A stretch of 54,067 bases of DNA from Thermoanaerobaculia bacterium. GTDB lineage: Bacteria > Acidobacteriota > Thermoanaerobaculia > UBA5066 > Gp7-AA6. The notes beneath the pieces were generated by a model that saw only the letters and a list, made by a program, of their open reading frames with translations, did no database searches and was not told where the DNA came from. The stretch covers positions 1-54,067 of the forward strand of contig JBGPGG010000004.1 of assembly GCA_041483715.1 (NCBI GenBank). Reading direction: 5' to 3'. This document shows, piece after piece, positions 38,681 through 48,605 of this stretch. Each line of letters begins with the position of its first letter. Within the stretch, counting starts at the first letter, position 1. The position numbers were made by a program, and so were the translations under genes.

Positions 38681-39484
38681 ATGAGCTCAAACGAAGCATC
38701 CGGAGGTGGACGCGGCGGGCGGCTTCTCGTCGCGCTCGTTCTCGTCGTGATCGCGGTCGTCGGCTACATGTCCCGCACGCAGGTCAATCCGGTCACAGGC
38801 GAGAAGCAGCACGTCGCGCTCGATGTAGATCAGGAGAAAGCGCTCGGGCTCGAGTCGGCGCCGCAGATGGCGGCACAGATGGGCGGCGAGGCGAGTCCCT
38901 CGGACCCGGACTCGCAGCGTGTTGCCGGGGTCGGGCGCAAGATCGTGGAGAAGAGCAGCGCGGGCAGGAGCCCTTACGCCGACACCTTTCGCTTCCATCT
39001 CTTGAACGACCCCGAAACGGTCAATGCGTTCGCCCTTCCCGGCGGCCAGATCTTCATCACCGAGGGTCTCCTGCGGCGCCTGAAAACGCAGGCGCAGCTG
39101 GCCGGTGTGCTCGGACACGAAGCCGGGCACGTCGTGCAACGCCACGTCGCCGAGCAGATGGCCAAGGGCCAGCTCGGGCAGCTCCTCACAGCGGCCGCGG
39201 GTGTCGCCGCGGACGACGGCTCCGGCCGAGCCCAGGCCGTGGCGGCGATGGTCAACCAAGTCACGCAGCTGCGTTTCGGAAGGCAGGACGAATCGGAGGC
39301 CGATCGCTACGGCGTCGACGCGATGGCCGAGGCGGGGTACGACCCTCGGGCGATGCTCGAAGTCCTGCAGATCCTCGCGAAGGCAAGCCCCGGCCAGCGT
39401 CCGCCGGAGTTCCTCTCCTCGCATCCGCTGCCCGAGACCCGGCTCCGGGAGCTGGAGGAGTATCTGCAGAACAAGGGACGCTAG
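38681..39484 (+). CDS. M48-family zinc metallopeptidase
   Basis: VNAFALPGG, HEAGH, ESEAD and EFLSSHP motifs; AAGGAGG RBS. Confidence 0.92.
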   Translation: MSSNEASGGGRGGRLLVALVLVVIAVVGYMSRTQVNPVTGEKQHVALDVDQEKALGLESAPQMAAQMGGEASPSDPDSQRVAGVGRKIVEKSSAGRSPYADTFRFHLLNDPETVNAFALPGGQIFITEGLLRRLKTQAQLAGVLGHEAGHVVQRHVAEQMAKGQLGQLLTAAAGVAADDGSGRAQAVAAMVNQVTQLRFGRQDESEADRYGVDAMAEAGYDPRAMLEVLQILAKASPGQRPPEFLSSHPLPETRLRELEEYLQNKGR

Positions 39485-39735
39485 CCCGACTCCAAAACTC
39501 GCCCTCCTATTGCACCGGCCCGAGGTTGAGCCGGATGATGAGATTGTCATCGGTCGAGGTACACGCCGTCCAATCGTGGGTACGCCCCGACGGGACGCTT
39601 GTCTCCCTCTCGGCAAGTCACGGCTATCGGGGTTCCACCCGACCCGAGACTCGGGATCTGAAATCTCGGCCCGAAAGGCCGTACCATCTCCGGCATGGCG
39701 GTATCGGGCGGCGCCGGCCGGGTTGGAGAGTCCGA

Positions 39736-41118
39736 ATGAGGACCGAAGACACCTACGACGTCTTGATCATCGGGGCAGGTCAGGCAGGAATCCCGCTGGC
39801 GCACGCGCTGGCGAAGGCCGGGAAGAGGACCGCGCTTTCCGAACGCAAGGACCTCGGGGGTTCCTGCGTCAACTTCGGATGCACGCCGACCAAGGCCGCC
39901 ATCGCCTCCGCCCGCACGGCGTTTCAGGCGCGCCGCGGAGCTCAGTTCGGGATCAGGGTGTCCGGCGTCGAAGTGGATTTCCCCGCCGTCCTCGACCGCG
40001 CGCGCAGCATCCTCATGCAATCCCGCGCGAGCTTGCGGCGAGGCCTCGAGACTATGGACAATCCGCTCCTCGTCCGGGGACACGCGCGTCTGGCAGGCCG
40101 GGAAGCTGGGCGCTTCCGCGTGATCGTCGGAGAGAAGACCTTAGGCGCCCGGCAGGTCGTGCTCGACACGGGGACACGCAGTCTGCTCCCTCCAATCGAA
40201 GGGCTTCGCAAGGGACAGTTCCTCCATGCAGGCAATTGGCTTGACGCTGCCGAACTTCCGGAGCACATCCTCTTCGTCGGTGGCGGATACATCGCCCTCG
40301 AGATGAGCCAGTTCTACCGCCGGATGGGAAGCCGCGTCACCGTGACCGATGGCGCGGATCAGATCTTGAAGCGCGAGGACGCGGATGTCGTCTTTCCTCT
40401 TCAGCGACTTCTCGAGTCGGAGGGGATCGCGTTTCGCCTCAACTCGCGGGTGACGCGCGCTTCCTGGCACGGCCAGGGGGTCACCCTGTCGCTGCGGAGC
40501 GGACGCGACTCCAGCCAGCTCCGGGGCTCTCATCTCTTCGTCGCCGCCGGGAGGAAACCGAACACGGACGATCTGGGGCTGGAGACCGTTGGTGTCCGGG
40601 TCGGATCCGACGGCGTGGTCGCCACTGACGAGAAGCTGGCGACCAACGTGTCGGGCATCTGGGCGGCCGGAGACATCCGTGGTGGCCCGATGTTCACTCA
40701 TACCGCCTGGGACGACTTCCGGATCCTCGAGTCACAGCTGGCGGGGGACGGCTCGAGAACGACGCGGCGGGTCGTGCCGTATGCCGTCTATACGGACCCG
40801 GAGCTCGGACGCGTGGGCAAGACCGAGAAAGAAGCGCGGGAGGCCGGCGCGGACGTTCGTATCGGCCGCTTCGAGATGCGAAACAACGGAAAAGCGAGGG
40901 AGCTCTCCGAGACCGAAGGCTTCATCAAGGTCATCGTGGAGTCCGGGAGCAAGAAGATCCTCGGAGCCGCGGTTCTGTCCTTTGAGGGAGCCGAGCTGGT
41001 GCACCTGTACGGGACGCTCATGAACGCGGACCTTCCCTACACCGTCCTGCGCGACGCCGTCCACATACACCCCACGCTCGCCGAGGCGGTGCAGAGCGCC
41101 GTTTCCTCCCTCCCATGA
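39736..41118 (+). CDS. Class I pyridine nucleotide-disulfide oxidoreductase (RclA/Lpd/MerA-like)
   Basis: GAGQAG, GGSCVNFGCTPTK, GGGYIALE and HIHPTLAE motifs; no C-terminal Cys pair. Confidence 0.9.
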   Translation: MRTEDTYDVLIIGAGQAGIPLAHALAKAGKRTALSERKDLGGSCVNFGCTPTKAAIASARTAFQARRGAQFGIRVSGVEVDFPAVLDRARSILMQSRASLRRGLETMDNPLLVRGHARLAGREAGRFRVIVGEKTLGARQVVLDTGTRSLLPPIEGLRKGQFLHAGNWLDAAELPEHILFVGGGYIALEMSQFYRRMGSRVTVTDGADQILKREDADVVFPLQRLLESEGIAFRLNSRVTRASWHGQGVTLSLRSGRDSSQLRGSHLFVAAGRKPNTDDLGLETVGVRVGSDGVVATDEKLATNVSGIWAAGDIRGGPMFTHTAWDDFRILESQLAGDGSRTTRRVVPYAVYTDPELGRVGKTEKEAREAGADVRIGRFEMRNNGKARELSETEGFIKVIVESGSKKILGAAVLSFEGAELVHLYGTLMNADLPYTVLRDAVHIHPTLAEAVQSAVSSLP

Positions 41119-42494
41119 GGCCCCGTCGCACGACGCCGTCGCCGCCTTCGCCATCACAGCCTCCCCCGCCTTTTGGTGAGGCGGAGCTCGAACGACTCCA
41201 GCGCAACGCCTTCGGATATTTCCTTCACGAAGCGGACTGCGCCTCCGGCCTCGTTCGCGACAGCACGCATGTCGGCTCGCCCGCCTCGATCGCCGCGGTC
41301 GGCCTTGCGCTGACCGTCTATCCAATCGCCTGCGAACGCGGGTACATGGAGCGCGAGGAAGCCGCGGCGCGCACCCTCGCCACGCTTCGCTTCTTCTGGA
41401 ACAGCCCCCAGGGCCCCGAAGCGGACGCGGCCGGCCACAAGGGTTTCTTCTACCACTTCCTTCACATGAACTCGGGGCGCAGAGCCTGGGGTTGCGAGCT
41501 CTCGACGATCGACTCGGCGTACCTGGTCGCCGGGGCTTTGACGGCTGCCGGGTATTTCGACCGCAAGCACGTCCTCGAGATGGAGATCCGCAGGCTCGCC
41601 GACGCTCTCTACCGGCGGACCGACTGGCTTTGGGCCTCCAATCGCGGCGCCACCGTAACGCATGGTTGGACTGCGGAGAAGGGCTTTTTGCCATACCGGT
41701 GGCAGGGATACGACGAAGCGATGCTGCTCTACGTCCTGGGGCTTGGATCTCCGACTCATCCTCTGCCCGCTCGGAGTTACGCGGCGTGGACACGCACGTT
41801 CCGGTGGAAGAAGCTCTACGGTCTCGAGTTTCTCTACGCCGGGCCCCTCTTCATCCATCAGCTCCCTTCCGTTTGGATCGACACACGGGGCATTCGCGAC
41901 GCCTTCGCCCGCCGAAAGCGCCTGGATTACTTCGAGAACAGCCGACGCGCGACGTACGCGCAGCAGCGCTATGCAATGCGCAACCCGAAAGGCTTCGCCG
42001 GCTACGGAGAGTTCTGCTGGGGCATCACTGCGAGCGAAGGGCCGGGGCCGGCGATGCTCACGATCGGCGGTGTCCGGCGGCGCTTCTTCGACTATGTCGC
42101 TCGCGGGATTCCCGACGGACCGGACGATGGGACGCTCGCTCCCTGGGCGGTCGTGGCCTCCCTTCCGTTTGCGCCGGAGATCGTGCTCTCCACCCTCCGC
42201 CACATCGATGAGATCGGCGTGGGCGAGTCGAGCCCTTACGGTTTCGAAGCGACCTTCAATCCCACCTTCCCGAGTGAGTCGGGAAAGCCGTGCGGCTGGA
42301 TCTCGCCGCGCAACTTCGGGCTCAACCAGGGCACGATGGTCGCCATGATCGAGAATTACCGCACCGGGCTGGTCTGGAAGCTGCTCCGCGAGTCTCCCTA
42401 CATCGTCGCCGGTCTCCGGCGCGCTGGGTTCCGTGGCGGCTGGCTCGCCCGTCGCGACCCTATTCGTCGAGCGCCCCGCCGGCAGAGGCGATGA
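41115..42494 (+). CDS. Glucoamylase-family/GH144-like glucanase
   Basis: ASIAAVG, GFFYHF, ELSTIDSA, WQGYDEA, GPLFIHQ and WGITASEGP motifs. Confidence 0.85.
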   Translation: MRPRRTTPSPPSPSQPPPPFGEAELERLQRNAFGYFLHEADCASGLVRDSTHVGSPASIAAVGLALTVYPIACERGYMEREEAAARTLATLRFFWNSPQGPEADAAGHKGFFYHFLHMNSGRRAWGCELSTIDSAYLVAGALTAAGYFDRKHVLEMEIRRLADALYRRTDWLWASNRGATVTHGWTAEKGFLPYRWQGYDEAMLLYVLGLGSPTHPLPARSYAAWTRTFRWKKLYGLEFLYAGPLFIHQLPSVWIDTRGIRDAFARRKRLDYFENSRRATYAQQRYAMRNPKGFAGYGEFCWGITASEGPGPAMLTIGGVRRRFFDYVARGIPDGPDDGTLAPWAVVASLPFAPEIVLSTLRHIDEIGVGESSPYGFEATFNPTFPSESGKPCGWISPRNFGLNQGTMVAMIENYRTGLVWKLLRESPYIVAGLRRAGFRGGWLARRDPIRRAPRRQRR

Positions 42495-43875
42495 CGCGGG
42501 AGTAGAAGCGGGCGCTCGCCTTCGGCGTGCGCTTCTGGGTGCGGTAGTCGACTCGGATCAAGCCAAAGCGCTTCGAAAAACCCTCCGACCACTCGAAGTT
42601 GTCGAGGAGGGACCACGCAAAGTATCCGCGCAGGTCCACGCCCTTCTCCATTGCGTGCCGGACCGCGCGCAGGTGCGCGCGCAGGTAGGCCACGCGCAGC
42701 GGATCCTCCACGACATCGCCCGAGGGTACCGGGTCGTCGAACGCGGCGCCGTTCTCGGTCACATAGAGCGGCGTGGCTCCGTAGCGGTCCCGCACCCGGA
42801 GCAGCGTCTCGGCAAGGCCCTCGGGATAGACCTCCCAGCCCATGTCCGTGTGGAGCCCGGCCTGATGCACATGGCCGGCGCCGACCGGCCAGGCCTTCGG
42901 CTCGTTCCGCACGACGTCCCGCGTGTAGTAGTTGATGCCGAGAAAGTCGATCGGCCGGCGGATCGCATCGAGGTCCACTGCCGGGAATCGCGGCCACGCC
43001 GATCCGAAGATGGCGGCTAGCTCCTCCGGGTAGTGCCCCAGGAAGATCGGGTCGAGGAACTGTCTGTTCGTGTACGCGTCCGCGCGGCGCGTCGCGGCGA
43101 GATCCCCGGCGGTATCCGAGGCCGAGTGCTTCGGCTCGAAGTTGACGACGATCCCGATCCGGTGACGGCCCTCCGCTCGGTAGACGTCGACCGCAGCGCC
43201 GTGGGCCCGAAGCAGGTTGTGCGAAACGATCGGCGTTTCGAAGAGGCTGCGGTGCCCGGGCGCGAGAACGCCATGCAGATATCCTCCGTCCGAGACGACC
43301 CCGGGCTCGTTCAACGTCGCCCACATCCGCACCCGCCCATCGAGCGCGCGAAAGAGCACGCGCGCATAGTCGGCGAACCAGTCCGCAATGTCGCGGTTCT
43401 GCCAGCCGCCCTTGTCCTCGAGCGACGCGGGCAGGTCCCAGTGGAAGAGCGTCACGTTCGGCTCGATCCCGTTCTCACCGAGCGTGTCCACCAGGCGTCG
43501 GTAGAAGTCGAGCCCTTTCTCGTTGACGCGCCCGGTTCCCTCCGGGAGGATCCGCGACCAGGAGACACTGAATCGGTAGGCCGTCAGCCCAAGCTCCTTC
43601 ATCCAGCCGATGTCTTCCTCCCACCGCCGGTAGTGGTCGCAGGCCTCATCGCCCGTGCCGCCGTCCTTGACCAGGCCCGGCGTGTGGCAGAAGCGGTGCC
43701 AGTTCGACACTCCCGCTCCGTCCGCCTGCGATGAGCCTTCGACCTGGTACGCCGAGGTCGCGGCACCCCAGAGGAACCCCGGGGGAAACGGTGTCCGGAG
43801 GCTCACGTGGCGTCCATTTTGCCACGCGCTCGGGGGAGCCGCTCGCGTTGCCTGCCCGGTGCCAGCCGCGCTCAT
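42460..43875 (-). CDS. GH1 beta-glucosidase
   Basis: FLWGAATSAYQVEG, TLNEP, VTENG and WSLLDNFEW motifs; start may be GTG 43806. Confidence 0.95.
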   Translation of the reverse strand: MSAAGTGQATRAAPPSAWQNGRHVSLRTPFPPGFLWGAATSAYQVEGSSQADGAGVSNWHRFCHTPGLVKDGGTGDEACDHYRRWEEDIGWMKELGLTAYRFSVSWSRILPEGTGRVNEKGLDFYRRLVDTLGENGIEPNVTLFHWDLPASLEDKGGWQNRDIADWFADYARVLFRALDGRVRMWATLNEPGVVSDGGYLHGVLAPGHRSLFETPIVSHNLLRAHGAAVDVYRAEGRHRIGIVVNFEPKHSASDTAGDLAATRRADAYTNRQFLDPIFLGHYPEELAAIFGSAWPRFPAVDLDAIRRPIDFLGINYYTRDVVRNEPKAWPVGAGHVHQAGLHTDMGWEVYPEGLAETLLRVRDRYGATPLYVTENGAAFDDPVPSGDVVEDPLRVAYLRAHLRAVRHAMEKGVDLRGYFAWSLLDNFEWSEGFSKRFGLIRVDYRTQKRTPKASARFYSRVIASAGGALDE

Positions 43876-44115
43876 CCTCCCAACGCCTGCGGGAGAGTCT
43901 CGGCAAGGAACCAGACGAGTTCCCCCCGGGAGAGTCGTTGATGCCGGAGGTCGTCATGGTCTCGTCCCTCGATGGTGGCGAAACATGATCGGGTCTTTCG
44001 GGTCGGACTCAGCGCTCACCCGCGTCGCGTGGAGAAGGAGTTTCAAGTCTACGGACCCCGGGGGGGCCGGAGCGCCGGACACGAAGGCCGGCCTCCGGTC
44101 TGGCGTGTCCCGTCC

Positions 44116-44457
44116 TCAGTCCAGGGAAATCGACTTCACCTGGATCTCGCTTTCCTTGCGTTCGCCCTCGACGTCCGCGCGCAGGTGGTCCGTCTTCTTC
44201 GTCGTCTTCAAGGCCTCAGCCACTTTCGTGTTCCCAGCCGAGTCGAACTTCAGGAAGCTGCCGTCCGCCGCCAGGATGCCGTAGCCGCTCTTCTGGCACT
44301 GGACTGCGCACTTGGTCGTATGCGCATCCGGATCGGCCTTGACCTCGGCCTTGGAGGCGCACATCGAGTCCATCAGGGGTGCGTTCTTCCAGGTCTCCGC
44401 CTGGAGTGCCAGCGGAACGGCCGCCGCCGCGAACATCAGAAAAAGAACCTTCTTCAT
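44116..44457 (-). CDS. Small secreted protein with Cys motif (C..H..C..C; OB-fold-like)
   Basis: AAGGAG RBS, signal peptide, DSMC...HTTKCAVQC. Confidence 0.75.
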   Translation of the reverse strand: MKKVLFLMFAAAAVPLALQAETWKNAPLMDSMCASKAEVKADPDAHTTKCAVQCQKSGYGILAADGSFLKFDSAGNTKVAEALKTTKKTDHLRADVEGERKESEIQVKSISLD

Positions 44458-44508
44458 CTCAATTCTCCTTTCGTTGGTCTGCAGTCTTTCTCAAAGGACG
44501 GGTCTCAT

Positions 44509-44952
44509 TCAACGGTTGGTGCCCTGGCAGAGGCCATTTCCGGGGGCGCGGCGGGCGGCGCCCGGCAGCGCAGCCGCTTCGCGGACCTCGGTCAACCGGG
44601 CCAGGGCATATGCCCCGATCGCGATCTCGAGGTCTCGGACCGCCAGATCGAAAAACATTCCGGTCGTCACGAGATTGATGGCGATCGCGACGAGCCAGAC
44701 CATCGCGGCGTACGCGCCAATCCGGGTCCAGCGGGTCAGGATAGCCAGGCCGACGATCATCTCGACCACGCCGACGATTCTCATGAACGTCGGGCCGCTG
44801 ACAGGCAGAACCTTCAGCGCCGTGGGGCTCAGGTACATGCTCCAGTCCGTCAGGATGTTGAAGAACTTGTCGAGTCCAGCGAGGAAGGGCCCCAGTCCCA
44901 GCCCGATACGAAGCGCCCACCAGACCGAGTCGAGCCGTTTGTCCGCGTTCAT
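44509..44952 (-). CDS. DoxX-family membrane protein
   Basis: AGLDKFFN.L..W..YL, VGVVEM and DLAVRD motifs; GGAGG RBS. Confidence 0.85.
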   Translation of the reverse strand: MNADKRLDSVWWALRIGLGLGPFLAGLDKFFNILTDWSMYLSPTALKVLPVSGPTFMRIVGVVEMIVGLAILTRWTRIGAYAAMVWLVAIAINLVTTGMFFDLAVRDLEIAIGAYALARLTEVREAAALPGAARRAPGNGLCQGTNR

Positions 44953-44976
44953 CGTCCTCCTTCCTTACTCTCTACT

Positions 44977-45057
44977 AGAGTTCCCGGACGGGATTTGGTT
45001 ACCGATCCCGGACTGGCTTCGAGAAACCGGCGAAACCTTTCGGCTCGTTCCCGCTCT
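44977..45057. promoter_or_regulatory. Back-to-back putative ECF promoters G(A/T)AACC-N16-CTCT
   Basis: Minus strand GTAACC(45002-44997)-N16-CTCT; plus strand GAAACC(45032-45037)-N16-CTCT. Confidence 0.55.
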
Positions 45058-45063
45058 GATAGA

Positions 45064-45804
45064 GTGACCTCGAGCGTAATCGTGAGGCAAGAAGCCCTCA
45101 AACCAGGGGAGCGGGATGCCCTCTCAGATGAGGAGGTCGTCCGAAGAGTCCGTGCAGGGCAAATCGACCTTTTCGAGATCCTCATGCGCCGGTACAACCA
45201 GCGTGTTTACCGGCTCGCGCGCGCGGTCCTTCGCAGCGACAGCGAGGCGGAAGACGTCACCCAGGAGGCATGGGTACGAGCCTACGCGCATCTGGATCAA
45301 TTCGCCGGACGCGCGGCGTTTTCCACATGGCTCAGCCGCATCGCCCTGCATGAGGCATGGGTACGCGCGCGTCGAGGCAACCGCTTCGAGACGATCGACC
45401 CGGATCCCGGCGTCGAGGGCCGCGAGATGAAGGGGGCCTCCGCCGGCCGGGACCCCGAGGGAGAGGCGTTTGGCCGGGAAGTGCGATCGCTCGTGGAGGC
45501 GGCCGTCGAAGCGCTCCCCGAGAGCTATCGGACCGTCTTCATGTTGAGACACATGGAAGAGTTCTCGACCGCCGAGACGGCGGAATTGCTCGAGCTGAGC
45601 GAGGAGACGGTCAAGACGCGTCTCCACCGGGCCCGCTCGGCGCTCCGGCAGGAACTCCTCGCAGAGGCTGGCGCCGGGATCAAGCAGGCATTCCCCTTTC
45701 TCGGGAATCGCTGCGACCGGATGGTCGAGTCCGTGTTGGCCCGGATCGGGGACGGCGAATCGGCGAACCGCCGGTGCGACTCCGATCGTTCACCAACGCG
45801 ATAG
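45064..45804 (+). CDS. ECF sigma-70 factor with C-terminal FPF.G.RCD extension
   Basis: EAEDVTQEAW, FSTWLSRI and TVKTRLHRAR motifs; start GTG 45064 or 45082. Confidence 0.9.
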   Translation: MTSSVIVRQEALKPGERDALSDEEVVRRVRAGQIDLFEILMRRYNQRVYRLARAVLRSDSEAEDVTQEAWVRAYAHLDQFAGRAAFSTWLSRIALHEAWVRARRGNRFETIDPDPGVEGREMKGASAGRDPEGEAFGREVRSLVEAAVEALPESYRTVFMLRHMEEFSTAETAELLELSEETVKTRLHRARSALRQELLAEAGAGIKQAFPFLGNRCDRMVESVLARIGDGESANRRCDSDRSPTR

Positions 45805-46092
45805 CTCGACGGACGCGAGCTGACGCAACGCGGCAATAGCCGCCCTGGAGCAGGTCGTTGCTCGTTGCCCTCCGAGCTTACCCCCGCACGATCCACCAGA
45901 CCCCCGATCGCGGGCGGTACTCATGCGCCTTCCAGCGTTTCCGCCGGCGCCGCCCGCGGCGGCGGCTCGGGCCGCGCCTGGCGTTGGAGCCGGGCAAGGG
46001 CTTTTCGTTCGGTGCGGATGCGGCGGAGACCTCGCGCCAAAAGGCTCGCCGCCGCGCCGTGCATCACGCAGTCTCGGTTCACGGCAGCTTCC

Positions 46093-46245
46093 TCAGAGCC
46101 GTCCCATCACGAACAGGATCAGCACGATGATCACGATCACTCCGAGGATGCCGCTCGGGCCGTAACCCCAGTTGCGGCTGTGGGACCAGCGCGGAACCGC
46201 CCCGAGGGCGAGGACGATCAGGACAATCAGAAGCATCAACCCCAT
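46093..46245 (-). CDS. DUF3309-family small membrane protein (50 aa)
   Basis: MGLMLLIVLIVLALGAVPRWSHSRNWGYGPSGILGVIVIIVLILFVMGRL; AGGAGG RBS. Confidence 0.88.
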   Translation of the reverse strand: MGLMLLIVLIVLALGAVPRWSHSRNWGYGPSGILGVIVIIVLILFVMGRL

Positions 46246-46305
46246 GACCATCCTCCTTTGAATTGGTTCTCAAGCTCGGATTTGAATCAGCCGTTATCCG
46301 GAAGG

Positions 46306-46321
46306 TGCAGCAATCGTGCCA
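46306..46321 (-). promoter_or_regulatory. Putative sigma54 promoter
   Basis: TGGCACGATTGCTGCA, a close match to TGGCAC-N5-TTGC, about 60 bp upstream of DUF3309. Confidence 0.55.
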
Positions 46322-46477
46322 CCCCCTCGGATCGCCTCGTGCTCGTTGAGGTTGGGGTGATATCTCCGTCCTTGGCATTGCCTTCCAAGAGGAGCCATCG
46401 CTACGAACCTGACTCGAGACGAGGGCGAGGAATGCACCAAAGACCCTTTCGAAGAGCTGACCAAGATCGCGGGCCAA

Positions 46478-46660
46478 TTTCGCCCTACCAGCAAGAAAAA
46501 GGGGTCAGGCCTCTCGACCTAACCCCTTGATTTGATTGGTTGCGGGGGAAGGATTTGAACCTGCGACCCTTGGGTTATGAGAACTCCCCAAAAGTTCTTT
46601 CGTCCTCGATAGAGCTAGGCGACCCATCGACCTGACACGCGAGTCGAGCCCGATTCTTGG
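46478..46660 (-). mobile_element. att-like element copy 2 with tRNA-fMet 3' half (46537-46581)
   Basis: Same arm motif, hairpin and core (two substitutions versus copy 3); right arm diverged after AACTCCCC. Confidence 0.82.
46496..46528 (-). terminator. Intrinsic terminator after the tRNA fragment
   Basis: AAGGGGUUAGGUC-GAGA-GGCCUGACCCC followed by UUUUU. Confidence 0.7.
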
Positions 46661-46927
46661 CGCAGCCACCGACCTTCCCGCTCTTACCCGGGATCTTCTG
46701 TAGGGGGATGCGAGCTTCGTGCCCGGCGGTCATTGCTCCCACCCGGTTGGAGGACGGGCAGATAGACAACCCCCCTGCGAGGCCGATCTAACCTGACCCT
46801 TCCGGAGTGGCTTCTCTCTGGGAGCCGGCGTTCCAGAGGCCGTCGGGACGGCGGCAGCAGCTCAAAGGAGTTCTTGAAGGCGCAGATCCCGTGCTCTCTT
46901 GTGAGCATGAACCCGGTCTCGTACGGA

Positions 46928-48118
46928 TCACTCTTCTGCACCGAAAAATGAGAGCGCTCCCGGAACGCTGTCGTAGAAGTATCGGGGGTCCGCTCCGATC
47001 CCGAGATTGACCATGTAATCCCCCTCTAGCAGGGGAAGCTCTGCGACGCGAAAGCGCACTGTGCCACGCTGCGGGATTCGGTACGGAGGGATGCCCCGCA
47101 TGTACGTCTCAAATCGCGTGACGAAGGTTCCTGTTGCCGTCCAAATGTCGTAGGCCACACCAGCAAGTCGAACTTTCCCGTCGCCGGCGTAGTCCACTTC
47201 CAGAAACCAGTCCTCACCAGTCTGGAAGATCTCCTTCTCGCGCCCAGCCGCGTCGGTGACCCTCGCCGAAACGAGTGTCGGAGTCATACCCTGGGGGCGG
47301 TTGGCATGCTGCCGGAGGTCCTGCAGGCCGCTCTGCCGCGCATCGCTGTGAAGGTAGGCGCTGACGGCTTTGGACGTATCGCCAAAGAATCGAAGCTGCC
47401 CCTGCTCGAGGAGCATGGCCCGTTGGGTCAGTCGAGAGATAACCCCCATGTTGTGCGTCACGAGCAGGACGGTCCGACCCTCTCGGGCAACCTCTCCCAA
47501 CTTCCCGAGACACTTGCGCTGAAAGGCCGCATCTCCCACGGCAAGGGCCTCGTCCACGATCAGGATCTCGGGTTCCAGATGCGCCGCTACCGCAAACGCC
47601 AGACGTATGTACATTCCGCTCGAGTAGCGCTTGACCGGCGTATCGATGAAGCGATCTACTCCGGCGAACGACACGATCTGTTCGAATTTGCGCCGGATCT
47701 CCGCCCTCTTCATCCCTAGGATCGACCCCGAGAGATAGACATTCTCGCGACCCGTCAGCTCCCCGTGGAAGCCGCTCCCCACTTCAAGCAGTGCACCCAC
47801 ACGCCCGCTCACCTCGGCGTAACCGCCGGTGGGTTCCGTAATCCTCGAGAGAATCCGGAGCAGCGTGCTCTTGCCCGCCCCGTTGGACCCGATGATGCCC
47901 ACGACTTCCCCGCGCCGAATTTCAAAAGAAACGTCCTTGAGCGCCCAAATGTGGTCATCTGCTTGGGCGGAGGGAGGCGAGGTTCTCCGGAGCGCCCAAC
48001 GAAGCGGGACCGCCGCAGCGTGGGCCAGCGTATCGCGCAGAGTCCCGTAGGACGCCCGTCGTGCCCGGACACGGTATTGCTTGCTCAGTCCTTCCACACG
48101 GAGGGCGGTTTCGAACAC
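46928..48118 (-). CDS. wzt: Polysaccharide ABC transporter ATP-binding subunit (Wzt), probable 3' frameshift
   Basis: WALKDVSF, GSNGAGKST, YSSGM and ILIVDEAL motifs plus a C-terminal Wzt_C-like domain. Confidence 0.9.
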   Translation of the reverse strand: MFETALRVEGLSKQYRVRARRASYGTLRDTLAHAAAVPLRWALRRTSPPSAQADDHIWALKDVSFEIRRGEVVGIIGSNGAGKSTLLRILSRITEPTGGYAEVSGRVGALLEVGSGFHGELTGRENVYLSGSILGMKRAEIRRKFEQIVSFAGVDRFIDTPVKRYSSGMYIRLAFAVAAHLEPEILIVDEALAVGDAAFQRKCLGKLGEVAREGRTVLLVTHNMGVISRLTQRAMLLEQGQLRFFGDTSKAVSAYLHSDARQSGLQDLRQHANRPQGMTPTLVSARVTDAAGREKEIFQTGEDWFLEVDYAGDGKVRLAGVAYDIWTATGTFVTRFETYMRGIPPYRIPQRGTVRFRVAELPLLEGDYMVNLGIGADPRYFYDSVPGALSFFGAEE

Positions 48119-48439
48119 GTTGCCTTTCTTGTTGAATCACGAGACCCTTACAGAGGGAGGCTCTTCGCGCGAGAGCCGACAGCTTCTCTCAAGGATAAGA
48201 TTAGATGTCTTGGACGCCGGAAACGACTGGCCAGTCGGTCAGGTGGCAGGACAGGACGACCCTCGTCCACCCTCGTCCGGGTCGAGGAGTTGATTCTTTT
48301 CGCGACGAGCGATCCACCCGTCGGCGCGCGAGTGGTCCGCAGCAAATGGGTATTCCCCACTGCCAAGTCGGACGGGACGACAGAGGAAGAGTCCGAAGAT
48401 CGCCGTGTGGTCGTAGGCGAAATCCGGCGGCGACTTCTT

Positions 48440-48510
48440 GATCCGCGGGAAGCAGATCGCGGAAACGTTCCCGCTTGCCACTCTCGGGATCGAGACGGAC
48501 GGCTGCAGGC
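48440..48510 (-). pseudogene. Second fragment of a kinase C-terminus
   Basis: PAAVRLDPESGKRERFRDLLPAD; 33/35 nt identical to 38491-38525. Confidence 0.55.
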
Positions 48511-48605
48511 GCATGTTAGACCGCATCGCCATCACCCGAGAACTGACCGCCCTGTTGGGCCCGCCACAGGCTGTAGAGCGGCCTCGAGCATCGGGCCGGG
48601 TACAG

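Noticed and set aside
39736-41118. Mercuric reductase merA
   Set aside because: Lacks the C-terminal Cys-Cys pair and NmerA domain, and there are no mer genes nearby.
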